Assembly: GCA_030627265.1 (NCBI GenBank)
Contig: DAOUSK010000001.1
Span: 1 to 59,474 of the forward strand
Origin: Methylococcaceae bacterium
Lineage (GTDB): Bacteria; Pseudomonadota; Gammaproteobacteria; Methylococcales; Methylomonadaceae
Reading direction: 5' to 3'
Length of the DNA stretch: 59,474 nt
In this document: positions 38,002 to 48,251 of the stretch, one piece after another
Layout: the number at the start of each line of letters is the position of its first letter
Numbering within the stretch: position 1 is the first letter of the stretch
The notes under the pieces: generated by a model
Seen by the model: the letters and a program-made list of their open reading frames with translations, nothing else
Database searches by the model: none
Told to the model about the DNA's origin: nothing
Translations under genes and position numbers: made by a program

Positions 38002-41000
38002 CTACTCCTCAGTTTCCCTAATCAACACCATCATATCACCCACTGACATCTTACCACTGACTTCGCCGCCTTCTAATAAACTGCTAGCTAAATCACGTTT
38101 ATGGGCGTGTAAATTGACGATTTTATCTTCAATGGTATCTTTAGCCACTAAACGATAAATAGTGACCGGGCGTGTTTGTCCCATTCGATGCGCTCTATCT
38201 GAGGCTTGGTCTTCTACGGCAGGATTCCACCATGGATCCATATGGATCACGTAATCGGCAGCGGTTAAATTTAACCCTGAGCCTCCCGCTTTTAAGCTAA
38301 TTAAAAATACATCGCCTTCGCCGCCTTGAAATGCCGTTACGGCTTTTTTACGCTTAGGTATTGATGTGCTGCCGTCTAAATATTGGTAGTTAATGCCTTT
38401 TTGATCCAATAAATCACGAATAATATGTAAGTGTCCGACAAACTGACTAAAAACTAAAGCCTTATGGCGACCCGCAATTAACTCTTCAATTAACTCTTCA
38501 AAGGCTTGTAATTTAGCGCTGCTTAACGGGCTATCTTCCATGACTAATTTTGGGTGACAGCAGGCGCGGCGTAATTTCATGATTTCCGCTAAAATTTTCA
38601 AGTGCTGTTGCCCTGCTTGCTGCCCTTCTTCTTGCGCAGCCTTCATGGCTTCCATTGCATTACGGCGCATTGCTTCGTAAAAAGTGCGCTCTTCTTTGCT
38701 TAATTCAACATGCAAGGTAATTTCTGTTTTTGAAGGTAATTCCTTCAGCACGTCACTTTTAAGCCTACGTAAAATAAACGGCCTTAGTAATTTTTTTAAG
38801 TGTTGCTGTGTCGCATGGTCTTTATTATTTTCGATGGCTTGTGCATAACGCTCATTAAATTTCTTCAGTGAGCCTAATAAACCTGGGTTAATAAAATGGA
38901 ATAAATTCCATAATTCACCCAAATGATTTTCAATAGGCGTGCCGGTAGTGACTATTTTGAAATCCGCTTGTAGCGCCATTGCTGCTTGCGAACGCTTGGT
39001 TAGGCCATTTTTAATCGCTTGCGCTTCATCTGCAACAATCGTCTGCCACTGCTTAGTGATTAATAATTCAGCTTCTGTTTGTAATAAACCGTAACTACAC
39101 ACAACCAGATCAAACGCGCCCGCTTGCTCAATAATTTTCTGTCGATCCCCTAAACCAAAATGCAGCACATTTAAGGTGGGTGCAAAACGCTGAGCCTCTT
39201 CTAGCCAGTTCATGCACACCGAAGTCGGCGCAAGTATCAAAGTTGGGCCATTCATCGCGCGCGATAAAATTAAAGTTAGCGCTTGTATGGTTTTCCCCAG
39301 CCCCATATCATCCGCTAAACATGCACCCGCACCCCAGTGCGCTAAACGCGCCATCCATTGATAACCTTCTAATTGATAGTCACGTAATTCGCCTTGTAAA
39401 GTAGACGGCACTTCCGGCTCTAAATCGGTCATTGATGCCAATTTTTTCAGCTGATCGCGCCATTGTTTACTTGCTTTGACCTCCATACCTTCTAGCGCTT
39501 CATTCAAAGCAGGCGCCGCTAAAGCATGAAACTGCAATGCGTTCCCTTTTTGCTCTCCTAATCCGGCAACATCATCTAATCGCTGGCGTAATTCACTGGT
39601 TAAGGCAATAAACTGCCCATCTTCTAGCTTTAAAAAACGCCCTGAACTTGCTTTTAATAAGTTAATCAGGCGTTGCATATCAAAGACTTGCTCTTCGTTT
39701 ATCTGTACTTCACCTTCAACACTAAACCAATCTTTTTCTTTACGCACTGAAAACCGCGCTTGCCCTAATCCCGCTTCACTGCTCACCTTAATTTTTTGTC
39801 CTTTAGGCCACTCCAAGACCACAAAATCGCCCAAGGTCTGCAATTGTAATAAAGCTTCTAAGGCCATTTCTGGATCATCTAGCAACCACCGAGCGTCACT
39901 GCCTTGGTACAATTCAGAACACTCTTGATGCAACCTTTCTAAATGCGCATTCTCAATAGAAAAATCACGTGTTGTTTGTACTTGTTTACCTTCCACTTCA
40001 GCCAATACCGTCGTGCCGCCTACGCCGGGTTTATAAATAGGCCCTGCATCGGTAAAAGGCTGTACAAAAGCTTCAACTTGCAGGCCTTCACCAACCGGTT
40101 GTAAATGCACATGTAATCGCGCATCTGGAGTAACGCTTTCTATATTGACTGCCAAACCCTCAATATCAGATTGCACCGTTAAGGTAGAGGCAATGGCAGC
40201 GATGGAATCAATCACTTGCTGTTTCGCTTTATGCGGGACTGAAAGCCCTTTTTCACCAAGAATACTAGCAACTTGTCGATGCTGCTCGGTGATTTGATAA
40301 ACCCGTATATCATTATCCGTGGCACGTTCAAAAACCACCGATTCAGACTCAATAATGGGATGTAAAGAAATACGTAAATTGCTCTTTTGCGTCGTGACTA
40401 ATAGTTGCGGCTCGGCTTTGCTTAGCCTAATCGGAGCTGTATAGTCACTCGCACTAGACCAATAGATATGCGGATGATCCACGGCAGCTAAAACTGCCTC
40501 ATTTTCTAAAACATAAACTTCTTTATATCGATAACTATAATGATTATCTTCTAGTTCCTTGCTAATCTGTGCACAAATACGTCGATCTTGTAGCGTCAAA
40601 TAATCAAAACTTGCTTGTTCTGTATATAGCCTTTTTAAAGAAACTGCTCGTCCCTTAGTCCAACGTCCTGACTTGCCTAGTTTTTGCTCACGCGGTGATA
40701 ATTCAGCATTATTACCATCTAATGTTAATAGCCAAACCATGCGCGATTCAGCCTGTGCAGCATTAAAATTGCCCGCAGATGGATCACTTAACTGAGTTAA
40801 AGCAGTTAATGCCCTCTCCCACTTTTCTACACGCGGTAATAAATCAATAATATGTAAAGCATTAGACTCTTTATATTTTTCAGCAATGGCCTTTATTGCT
40901 TTATCTTTTATACCTAATTTTTGCAATAAATGTGAGCTGACCGCCGCATAATAATTTGCGCCACCCTTATCGGCTAAGACACAATAGCTTTGCAATACCG

Positions 41001-42156
41001 ATAAAAAATCTTTATCCCAATCTGTCGTAATCGCAAGCGCATCGAGCCAATGCAGTAATAAGCAATGAAATAACCTATTATAGGGGCCCGCCAATGGTTG
41101 ACGTAGCTCATAAGCCTCTTCCGCTTTAAGTTGCGTCTGATAAACCTCAAGCCCTTCTTTTAATCGGCTATTCGTATGCAAAAAGTTATCATTTTCTTTA
41201 CTCTTTTCAATGATTTTTAATTGCGCTTTTAACAATCTGATATTTTCAGATGTTTTAGTTTTTAATAAAGCTAAATGGAAAAAATGACCATGGATATGCG
41301 GTAAAAAAACATTACGTTTACGTGTTGCTTTTTTTATCAACTGAAGTGCAGCCTGATAAAGCTCCAATGCCTCATCATTCTGATTATCGATAAAACAAGC
41401 ACTGCCTTTAATCATTACGCCCTTAGCCGAATAATCATCCTTCAGTAATGCCTCTACTTCCAGCGCATCACCCGCCATGAGTTTAAACTCAGCCAAATTT
41501 TGTAATAACTTAAGTGAAGGTGTGGCACTAGAATCAACCGCCTCCTGTAATAATTGCACTGGAAAATTGATATCTTCAATGCTAAAAGTAAAATACTCCG
41601 CATAGACTGATAAAACACAACTTTTTATCTCTTCATTTAGCTGATCAAACCAAGGTTTATCAAAATCAGAAAAAAATAATGCATTTAATAATGGCGCTAC
41701 TTGGTCAGGAAATTCATTCTCGAAATTAGAAAACTGTTCCTTAAATTGTTCCGCATCAGCAAGATAAAGGTTAAAGCGTAAGATTTTTACTGCACCGAGT
41801 ACCTTGCCTTCGTAAGAATAATAGTAAGCTCGCTCACTTAGGCTATATTCCGCTAATTTAGAGAATAAATGTTTATGCTCCTTAACGGCTATTTTCATTA
41901 GCACTTCGCTAATTTCCTTAGCACAACGCCAGCCATCTTTGCTAACAGTAATCAAATTCTGACGCTTAAGTTTCTCTTTTAAAGGTTTGGCAACCTGTTT
42001 ATAAACTTTAGGCTCAACAGCCTCGCTGGTGCTCAAAATATCCGATAATTTAGTTTGACCGATGGGTACAAAAAGCACAGCCAAGGCTAAAAGAATCTGC
42101 TGTTCATCTTCGTTTAATATCTGGAATTTTCTTAATAAGGCTTCTTGACTGGTCAT
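38002..42156 (-). CDS. SNF2-family helicase/ATPase with ~900-aa N-terminal extension
   Basis: LRDYQ, LADDMGLGKT, DEAQ, TGTPIENH, FSQF, DPWWNPAVEDQASDRAHRMGQ. Confidence 0.93.
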   Translation of the reverse strand: MTSQEALLRKFQILNEDEQQILLALAVLFVPIGQTKLSDILSTSEAVEPKVYKQVAKPLKEKLKRQNLITVSKDGWRCAKEISEVLMKIAVKEHKHLFSKLAEYSLSERAYYYSYEGKVLGAVKILRFNLYLADAEQFKEQFSNFENEFPDQVAPLLNALFFSDFDKPWFDQLNEEIKSCVLSVYAEYFTFSIEDINFPVQLLQEAVDSSATPSLKLLQNLAEFKLMAGDALEVEALLKDDYSAKGVMIKGSACFIDNQNDEALELYQAALQLIKKATRKRNVFLPHIHGHFFHLALLKTKTSENIRLLKAQLKIIEKSKENDNFLHTNSRLKEGLEVYQTQLKAEEAYELRQPLAGPYNRLFHCLLLHWLDALAITTDWDKDFLSVLQSYCVLADKGGANYYAAVSSHLLQKLGIKDKAIKAIAEKYKESNALHIIDLLPRVEKWERALTALTQLSDPSAGNFNAAQAESRMVWLLTLDGNNAELSPREQKLGKSGRWTKGRAVSLKRLYTEQASFDYLTLQDRRICAQISKELEDNHYSYRYKEVYVLENEAVLAAVDHPHIYWSSASDYTAPIRLSKAEPQLLVTTQKSNLRISLHPIIESESVVFERATDNDIRVYQITEQHRQVASILGEKGLSVPHKAKQQVIDSIAAIASTLTVQSDIEGLAVNIESVTPDARLHVHLQPVGEGLQVEAFVQPFTDAGPIYKPGVGGTTVLAEVEGKQVQTTRDFSIENAHLERLHQECSELYQGSDARWLLDDPEMALEALLQLQTLGDFVVLEWPKGQKIKVSSEAGLGQARFSVRKEKDWFSVEGEVQINEEQVFDMQRLINLLKASSGRFLKLEDGQFIALTSELRQRLDDVAGLGEQKGNALQFHALAAPALNEALEGMEVKASKQWRDQLKKLASMTDLEPEVPSTLQGELRDYQLEGYQWMARLAHWGAGACLADDMGLGKTIQALTLILSRAMNGPTLILAPTSVCMNWLEEAQRFAPTLNVLHFGLGDRQKIIEQAGAFDLVVCSYGLLQTEAELLITKQWQTIVADEAQAIKNGLTKRSQAAMALQADFKIVTTGTPIENHLGELWNLFHFINPGLLGSLKKFNERYAQAIENNKDHATQQHLKKLLRPFILRRLKSDVLKELPSKTEITLHVELSKEERTFYEAMRRNAMEAMKAAQEEGQQAGQQHLKILAEIMKLRRACCHPKLVMEDSPLSSAKLQAFEELIEELIAGRHKALVFSQFVGHLHIIRDLLDQKGINYQYLDGSTSIPKRKKAVTAFQGGEGDVFLISLKAGGSGLNLTAADYVIHMDPWWNPAVEDQASDRAHRMGQTRPVTIYRLVAKDTIEDKIVNLHAHKRDLASSLLEGGEVSGKMSVGDMMVLIRETEE

Positions 42157-42273
42157 ATTTTTTTAGTTGAAAGTATAGCGCTTTGATATGGGGTTAATAA
42201 ATTTCTAGTGTTTCTTATTGCAAGAATTATTTATAGCTCCCACCCTCTGAGCATAGCTATCTATGCTTTATAC

Positions 42274-42390
42274 CTAGGTTGGATGAGATTTTTTATTGTG
42301 AAGCATTAAAAATGAAATCCGACATCTCATTACATCAATAATGCCGAATTTCGTTATCGACGCTACGCTAGATAAGCTCATTCAGCCTAC
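42274..42390. repeat. Family B REP doublet, second copy
   Basis: Near copy of 22812-22929 with a different central spacer. Confidence 0.85.
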
Positions 42391-42414
42391 GTGTGAACGA
42401 TAATTTTATTGAGA

Positions 42415-42981
42415 TTATATTGCCATCTCCCCCGCAATGGCTAGTGCTTCTAGTTCTTGCAGTGCAGGCATATCATCTAGGGATGCTAAATTGAAATAAT
42501 CTAAAAACTGCTTGGTAGTGACATATAAAGCTGGGCGGCCGGGCGTTTCTTTATGCCCATCTACTTTCACCCATTCTCGGTCTAATAAAGTATCAATCAT
42601 ATAAGTGGAAACACTAACGCCACGTATTTCCTCTATATCTCCGCGTGTCACGGGTTGCTGGTAAGCAATAATGGCAATTGTTTCTAATAATGCACGAGAA
42701 TATTTAGGCGGTTTTTGGATAAACAATCGTGCCACCCAACTGGCCATATCGACTTTAACTTGAAAGCGCCAACCACTCGCAACTTGGTGTAATTCAATCG
42801 CAGAACTTTGGTAATCTAAACAAATAGAGTCAATCGCTTGCTGTATCGCTTGCTTGCGGGGAGCATCTAACTCAGGAAAGACAGCTTGTAATTGTTGAAG
42901 GCTCATCGGGCTATCGCTGGCAAACAGCAGTGCTTCGATAATTCGCTTTAACTCGCCTTGTTCTTGCTGATTTTCACTCAT
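42415..42981 (-). CDS. scpB: SMC-Scp complex subunit ScpB
   Basis: IIEALLF, SRALLETIAIIAYQQPVTRGDIEEIRGV, PGRPALY. Confidence 0.95.
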   Translation of the reverse strand: MSENQQEQGELKRIIEALLFASDSPMSLQQLQAVFPELDAPRKQAIQQAIDSICLDYQSSAIELHQVASGWRFQVKVDMASWVARLFIQKPPKYSRALLETIAIIAYQQPVTRGDIEEIRGVSVSTYMIDTLLDREWVKVDGHKETPGRPALYVTTKQFLDYFNLASLDDMPALQELEALAIAGEMAI

Positions 42982-43793
42982 ACCCTTTCTGCCTTAGCTT
43001 TATTTTTTACACGGATACTTAATTCAGAAAAAGGTTCGGCTTGTGTGATTTCAACTAATTCTGCTTTACTTAATTCTAAAATTGCTAAAAAAGCAACCAC
43101 AACACCCGGTCTACCTTCTTCGTAGGTAAATAGCATTTTAAATAATAAACTAGGCTGAACATCGAGCTGTTTCATAATCTGGTTCATCCTGTCTTTTACC
43201 GACAAAGGTTCTTTGGTAATCACATGATGACTTAATTGATCGGCTCTTTTTAATATCCCTTGTAAGGCAAAAACAATATCTTGAAACTGTACTTCTGCTT
43301 TGGGCCTTTGTACCTTAACAATAGATGTATCAATTGTTGCAACAACAATATCACGTTCCAATCTGGGTAGTTCATCAAGCGCTTCTGCTGCATTTTTTAT
43401 TCTTTCATATTCTTGTAATCGCCGAATAAGCACAGCACGAGGGTCATCTTCATCACCTTCGATTTGTTCTGCTTTTCTAGGTAATAATAAGCGTGATTTT
43501 ATTTCAGCCAGCAATGCAGCCATCAATAAATATTCTGCTGCAAGCTCTAATTTCAACTCGCCAACAATAGAAATATATTGCATATATTGCTGGGTAATCT
43601 GCAATATAGGAATATTAAGAATGTCTAAATTCTGCTTTCTAATCAGGTATAGCAATAAATCCAAAGGACCTTCAAATGTTTCTAAAACAACATCTAAGGC
43701 TTCCGGTGGAATATATAAATCTTTCGGTAATTCTTGGTAAGGCTTGCCATCAACAATTGCCCGAAAGGGGATTTCTTCTGGTATCGACAGCAT
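42978..43793 (-). CDS. scpA: Segregation/condensation protein A
   Basis: FEGPLDLLLYLI, AAEYLLMAA, IKSRLLLP, FLAILEL. Confidence 0.95.
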   Translation of the reverse strand: MLSIPEEIPFRAIVDGKPYQELPKDLYIPPEALDVVLETFEGPLDLLLYLIRKQNLDILNIPILQITQQYMQYISIVGELKLELAAEYLLMAALLAEIKSRLLLPRKAEQIEGDEDDPRAVLIRRLQEYERIKNAAEALDELPRLERDIVVATIDTSIVKVQRPKAEVQFQDIVFALQGILKRADQLSHHVITKEPLSVKDRMNQIMKQLDVQPSLLFKMLFTYEEGRPGVVVAFLAILELSKAELVEITQAEPFSELSIRVKNKAKAERV

Positions 43794-43832
43794 TTCTGTT
43801 TAAATACCTGCGATAGCACATTTAACATTTAT

Positions 43833-43937
43833 GTAGAATGGGTAGAACGTACCAGCTTTCTTTTTAGCTGTGCAGTGAACCCCATCAATTCCACATAAAG
43901 CGATGGGTTTCGCAAAAAGAGGATCACCCCATCCTAC
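43833..43937. repeat. Family A REP doublet
   Basis: Long arm with CAGCT/AGCTG hairpin, plus short arm. Confidence 0.8.
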
Positions 43938-43973
43938 GAGAACCCTTAACTCAAAAAAATCATGCATCGATAC

Positions 43974-44624
43974 TTATGATAAGCCAGCTAATGAGAAATA
44001 AAAGGCTTTAACAAAACCGATTGGCGCGCCTAAAATACTACCTAAAACATCCGTCATCATTAAAGCGATAAGAATAAAGAAGCCGAAGCGTTCTATATAT
44101 TGATAATACCGCTCCCACTGAGCCGGTAATAACCAGGAAACAATGCGACTGCCATCTAAAGGCGGAATCGGTAATAAGTTTAATAAGCCAACGACAATAT
44201 TAATCATAATCCCTGCAATACCCACGTATAACATTGGTATTGAGTATTCAGTGATATTAATAAAAAGGGCAAGACGTATAAATAATACCCAGCCTAAAGC
44301 CATTAGAAAATTAGCTAACGGCCCTGCGATAGCGACTAAAGCCATATCCCGTTTAGGATTATGTAAGTTACGTGGAATAACCGGGACAGGCTTTGCCCAA
44401 CCAAAAACAAATCCCGTAGTAGCTAACATTAACCCAGGAACAACAATAGTTCCCACTAGGTCAATATGCTTAATCGGATTAAGTGTTAAACGACCTAACA
44501 TCCAAGCGGTTTTATCCCCACATAATTTGGCGACCCACCCATGCGCAACTTCATGCACTGTAATCGCAAATATAACCGGAACAACCCAGACCACTATTTT
44601 TTGTACTAGCGTTAATTCATCCAT
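43974..44624 (-). CDS. Site-2 protease (M50) family protein
   Basis: HEVAH, GWAKPVP, NLLPIPPLDG. Confidence 0.92.
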   Translation of the reverse strand: MDELTLVQKIVVWVVPVIFAITVHEVAHGWVAKLCGDKTAWMLGRLTLNPIKHIDLVGTIVVPGLMLATTGFVFGWAKPVPVIPRNLHNPKRDMALVAIAGPLANFLMALGWVLFIRLALFINITEYSIPMLYVGIAGIMINIVVGLLNLLPIPPLDGSRIVSWLLPAQWERYYQYIERFGFFILIALMMTDVLGSILGAPIGFVKAFYFSLAGLS

Positions 44625-44627
44625 TTT

Positions 44628-45248
44628 TTATCCTAACATCGGTGCTTCGCCTTTACCTTGGCGTATTAATTCAATCTCTCCACCCGCACAAGAAATAATG
44701 GTACTCGCATCACTGCTAATAATGCCTGCATCAATAATTAAATCGAGTTCATTCTCTAACAGCTCTCTAATCTCATAAGGATCACTGAGTGCATGTTCAT
44801 CATTTGGCATAATCATTGTTGTGCTTAAAAGTGGCTCACCTAACTCCTCTACTAACGCCAGCGCAATATTATTGTCAGGAATACGAATACCAATGGTTTT
44901 TCGTTTTGAATGCATCATGCGCTTAGGGACTTCTTTGGTTGCATCGATAATAAAAGTAAACGCGCCTGGCGTCAGGCTTTTAATTAATCGATGCGCATCA
45001 TTACTTACTTTAGTAAAAGTAGAAACCTGAGCAAGGTCTTTGCAAATTAGGCTAAAGTTATGTTTATCATCCAATTGCCTAATACGTTTAATTTTATCCA
45101 GAGCAGATTTATCACCAATATGACAAGCCAATGCATAGGTTGCGTCGGTAGGATAAACAATAACTCCCCCTTTGCGTAATATTTCTACCGCTTGATAAAT
45201 AAGGCGTGACTGAGGATTTTCAGGGTGAATTTCGAAGAACTGGGACAT
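44628..45248 (-). CDS. yciO: YciO (Sua5/YrdC family) protein
   Basis: HPENPQ, YPTD, IRQLDDKHNF, TIGIRIPD. Confidence 0.88.
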   Translation of the reverse strand: MSQFFEIHPENPQSRLIYQAVEILRKGGVIVYPTDATYALACHIGDKSALDKIKRIRQLDDKHNFSLICKDLAQVSTFTKVSNDAHRLIKSLTPGAFTFIIDATKEVPKRMMHSKRKTIGIRIPDNNIALALVEELGEPLLSTTMIMPNDEHALSDPYEIRELLENELDLIIDAGIISSDASTIISCAGGEIELIRQGKGEAPMLG

Positions 45249-45270
45249 ACGATTTAGCCTTTATTTTAAT

Positions 45271-45975
45271 TTATTTTTGCGCTTTTAATGCCGCGCGCTC
45301 AGCCGTTGTTTTGGCAACTTTATTGCGCAAATAAACAGGCATGGCTTGCTCAACTGAGACAGTTTGATTACGTTTAACTGCAACAGATGCTAATAAGGCA
45401 ATATCCGCTGAACGGGGTAAATAATCAGCATCATATGCGATCAATTGCTTATCCAGTTTTTCACTGAGTACGCTTTCATATTGCTGAAAGCCTGAGCCTA
45501 TGCCATAACCTGTTAAAGCTAAGGCATCAATATCGCTTGCTGGCTGAACTTTTTCTGCTCCAATTAATTCAGCGTAACCTTGCGCATCCCGCTGGTAAAC
45601 TGCCCAGTAGATTTCACTCATGCGCGCATCAACGGCAGTAAAAATTGTATCGTGTGTTGTTTTTTGCAAGCAAGCTTGGCTAATTGCCGCTAAGGTTGAA
45701 ACGGGGACAACGGGTAAGTCTGCACCATAGGCAATGCCTTGCATCACTCCAGTTGCAATGCGTACGCCCGTAAATGAACCGGGGCCACAACCAAAAGCAA
45801 TCGCATCTAATTGCTGCGGCTTTAATTCTGCTTCTGCCATTAAGGCATCTATCATCGGCAATAATAATTTCGTATGCACTCTAGGAGCAATTTCAAAACG
45901 CTCTTGAATATCACCGTCTATATAAAGTGCTGCTGAGCAAGCTTCAGTCGCGGTATCTAGTGCTAAAATTTTCAT
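45271..45975 (-). CDS. tsaB: t6A biosynthesis protein TsaB
   Basis: LALDTATEACS, GPGSFTGVRI, DARM, PVYLR. Confidence 0.95.
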   Translation of the reverse strand: MKILALDTATEACSAALYIDGDIQERFEIAPRVHTKLLLPMIDALMAEAELKPQQLDAIAFGCGPGSFTGVRIATGVMQGIAYGADLPVVPVSTLAAISQACLQKTTHDTIFTAVDARMSEIYWAVYQRDAQGYAELIGAEKVQPASDIDALALTGYGIGSGFQQYESVLSEKLDKQLIAYDADYLPRSADIALLASVAVKRNQTVSVEQAMPVYLRNKVAKTTAERAALKAQK

Positions 45976-46150
45976 ATTGGAAAAAGGGGGAACTAAATAA
46001 AAACAAAGAATTGAATAAACTTTAGGTGTTTTTAAGCACGCCTACAATTTATAAATACCGACGATAATACATTTACCATTTATATAGGGCGACCCATCAA
46101 CTCAAAGCCTATTGCTTTTGGAGCTGATGATTCATTTCACTGTTGTTTTT

Positions 46151-46185
46151 ATGGGTTTCGCAAAAAGATACTCCACCCATCCTAC
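46151..46185. repeat. Family A short arm (degenerate partner near 46084-46100)
   Basis: ATGGGTTTCGCAAAAAGATACTCCACCCATCCTAC. Confidence 0.7.
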
Positions 46186-46232
46186 ATTTATTTACAGTAT
46201 CAATCGCGTCACCACACCGTAAAATACGTCTA

Positions 46233-46745
46233 CTAACTAGCGCACGCCTCTAATGCAGCATCATAATTTGGCTCATGCGTGACTTCTGTTACTAATTCCG
46301 TATAAATCACATTATCTTTTTCATCGATAATAACCACAGCACGCGCAGTTAAGCCTTTCAGCATGCTATCCATAATCTGCACGCCATAATCTTCAGCAAA
46401 GCTAGAACGGAAAGTAGAAACGGGTACAACATGCTTCAAGCCTTCAGACTCACAAAAGCGACTTTGTGCAAAAGGTAAATCAGCAGAAACCATTAATATC
46501 ACTGCATTTTCAAAACGCTCTACTTTTTCATTAAAAGTACGCGCAGAAGCTGCACAAACTGGGGTATCTAAGCTAGGTACAATATTCAGGATTTTCTTTT
46601 TTCCTGTATAGGTACTGAGTGTTACTTCGTTCAGTCGAGCATCTACCAAACTAAACTCAGGTGCGGACGTACCAACTTCTGGCAAATCACCATTAGTATT
46701 AATAACAAGCTCATCATTTCCGGGTTTAAATGTTAGTTTTGCCAT
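46233..46745 (-). CDS. tpx: Thiol peroxidase
   Basis: PSLDTPVC, SADLPFAQSRFC, EPNYDAAL. Confidence 0.95.
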   Translation of the reverse strand: MAKLTFKPGNDELVINTNGDLPEVGTSAPEFSLVDARLNEVTLSTYTGKKKILNIVPSLDTPVCAASARTFNEKVERFENAVILMVSADLPFAQSRFCESEGLKHVVPVSTFRSSFAEDYGVQIMDSMLKGLTARAVVIIDEKDNVIYTELVTEVTHEPNYDAALEACAS

Positions 46746-46749
46746 GTTC

Positions 46750-48201
46750 TTATCCTCTTAAATTATCGCGACTATTTTTCTTTTGCTTTAAATCTTTTTT
46801 CTTTTTTCTATGATGCTCAAGCATGCGCTTTTTCTTATAAACTTGTCTATCACTAAGTTTATTTTTAACTTCTTTATACGGATTTTTAGCCGATTTAAAA
46901 ACAATACGCACTGGCGTACCATCTAAACCGAGTTTATTCCGATAATAATTCATCAGATAACGCTCATACGCGGCAGGCAATAATTCTGTCTGATTACCAT
47001 GAACCACAATCACAGGTGGATTTCTTCCGCCCTGATGCGCATGTTTTAATTTAATTCGGCGCGTATTAACCATCGGCGGTTGATGGCCTGCCACAGCATC
47101 TTTTAAGATTTGCGTCAGTACCGAGGTAGACATATCCACCATTGCTGCGTCATAAAGCTTATGCACCACATCAAATAATTTACCCACCCCACTACCATGT
47201 AAGGCAGAAATAGGGTGCTTTTCAGCATAATCTAAAAAGGGTAACTTCACTTCTGTTTGGCGCTTAATCAGCTCACGTTGGTCATGGTCTAAGCCATCCC
47301 ATTTATTAAAGCCGATAATTAAAGCGCGTCCCGCTTCAATCACCATACCCAATAAATGCGCATCTTGATCAGTAATCCCTTCGCTAGCGTCGATTAAATA
47401 AATAACCACATTCGCTTTTTCTACTGACTGTAGTGCTTTAATAATACTAAATTTTTCTACCAATAAGGTAACTTTTGCACGACGGCGCATTCCCGCTGTA
47501 TCAATTAAAGTGTACCGTTTTCCATCGCGCTCAAAGGGAATATAAACACTATCTCGTGTTGTTCCTGCTTCATCAAAAACGACTACTCGCTCTTCGCCTA
47601 GTAAGCGGTTAACTAAGGTTGATTTACCCACATTAGGACGACCAACAACCGCAATAGAAACACCGGTATAAGCATCTTTCTCATCTGCAGTTATGACCTC
47701 GTCGTCTTCCGGTAAGTCATCACTCACGCGTGCTAATAATTCATTAACCCCACGCCCGTGCGTTGCCGCAATAGAAACAGGGTTGCCCATTCCTAAAGAA
47801 TGGAAATCAGCGGCGGCAATATCAACATTAATTCCGTCAATTTTATTAGTCACTAAAATAACGGGTTTATCTAAACGTCTTAACATAGCAGAGATAGCTT
47901 GATCTGCGCTATTTAAACCTTGCCTTGCATCAACTAAAAATAAAACTACATCGGATTCTTCTAAAGCAAGTTCTACTTGGCGTTTGGCAACAAAATCAAT
48001 ACCTTCATCATCATCAGTAATACCACCCGTATCTACCAATAAATAAGCACGTTCCCCGCGCTTCACACGACCATATTTTCTATCACGCGTTAATCCAGCG
48101 TAATCCGCAACTAGCGCATCTCTAGTACGAGTTAAATAATTAAAAAGAGTTGATTTCCCAACATTAGGACGACCAACTAAAGCGATAACGGGTAATGACA
48201 T
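46750..48201 (-). CDS. der: Ribosome biogenesis GTPase Der
   Basis: Two GRPNVGKST P-loops, DTGG/DTAG, HQGGRNPP. Confidence 0.97.
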   Translation of the reverse strand: MSLPVIALVGRPNVGKSTLFNYLTRTRDALVADYAGLTRDRKYGRVKRGERAYLLVDTGGITDDDEGIDFVAKRQVELALEESDVVLFLVDARQGLNSADQAISAMLRRLDKPVILVTNKIDGINVDIAAADFHSLGMGNPVSIAATHGRGVNELLARVSDDLPEDDEVITADEKDAYTGVSIAVVGRPNVGKSTLVNRLLGEERVVVFDEAGTTRDSVYIPFERDGKRYTLIDTAGMRRRAKVTLLVEKFSIIKALQSVEKANVVIYLIDASEGITDQDAHLLGMVIEAGRALIIGFNKWDGLDHDQRELIKRQTEVKLPFLDYAEKHPISALHGSGVGKLFDVVHKLYDAAMVDMSTSVLTQILKDAVAGHQPPMVNTRRIKLKHAHQGGRNPPVIVVHGNQTELLPAAYERYLMNYYRNKLGLDGTPVRIVFKSAKNPYKEVKNKLSDRQVYKKKRMLEHHRKKKKDLKQKKNSRDNLRG

Positions 48202-48251
48202 ACAAATTCCGACAAATTAAAACAACTAACTCCACGCACAAAGCATGGAGT

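Noticed and set aside
423-46185. Recurrent ~35-bp repeats as a CRISPR array
   Set aside because: Copies are dispersed, inverted and intergenic rather than regularly spaced direct repeats, and there are no cas genes.
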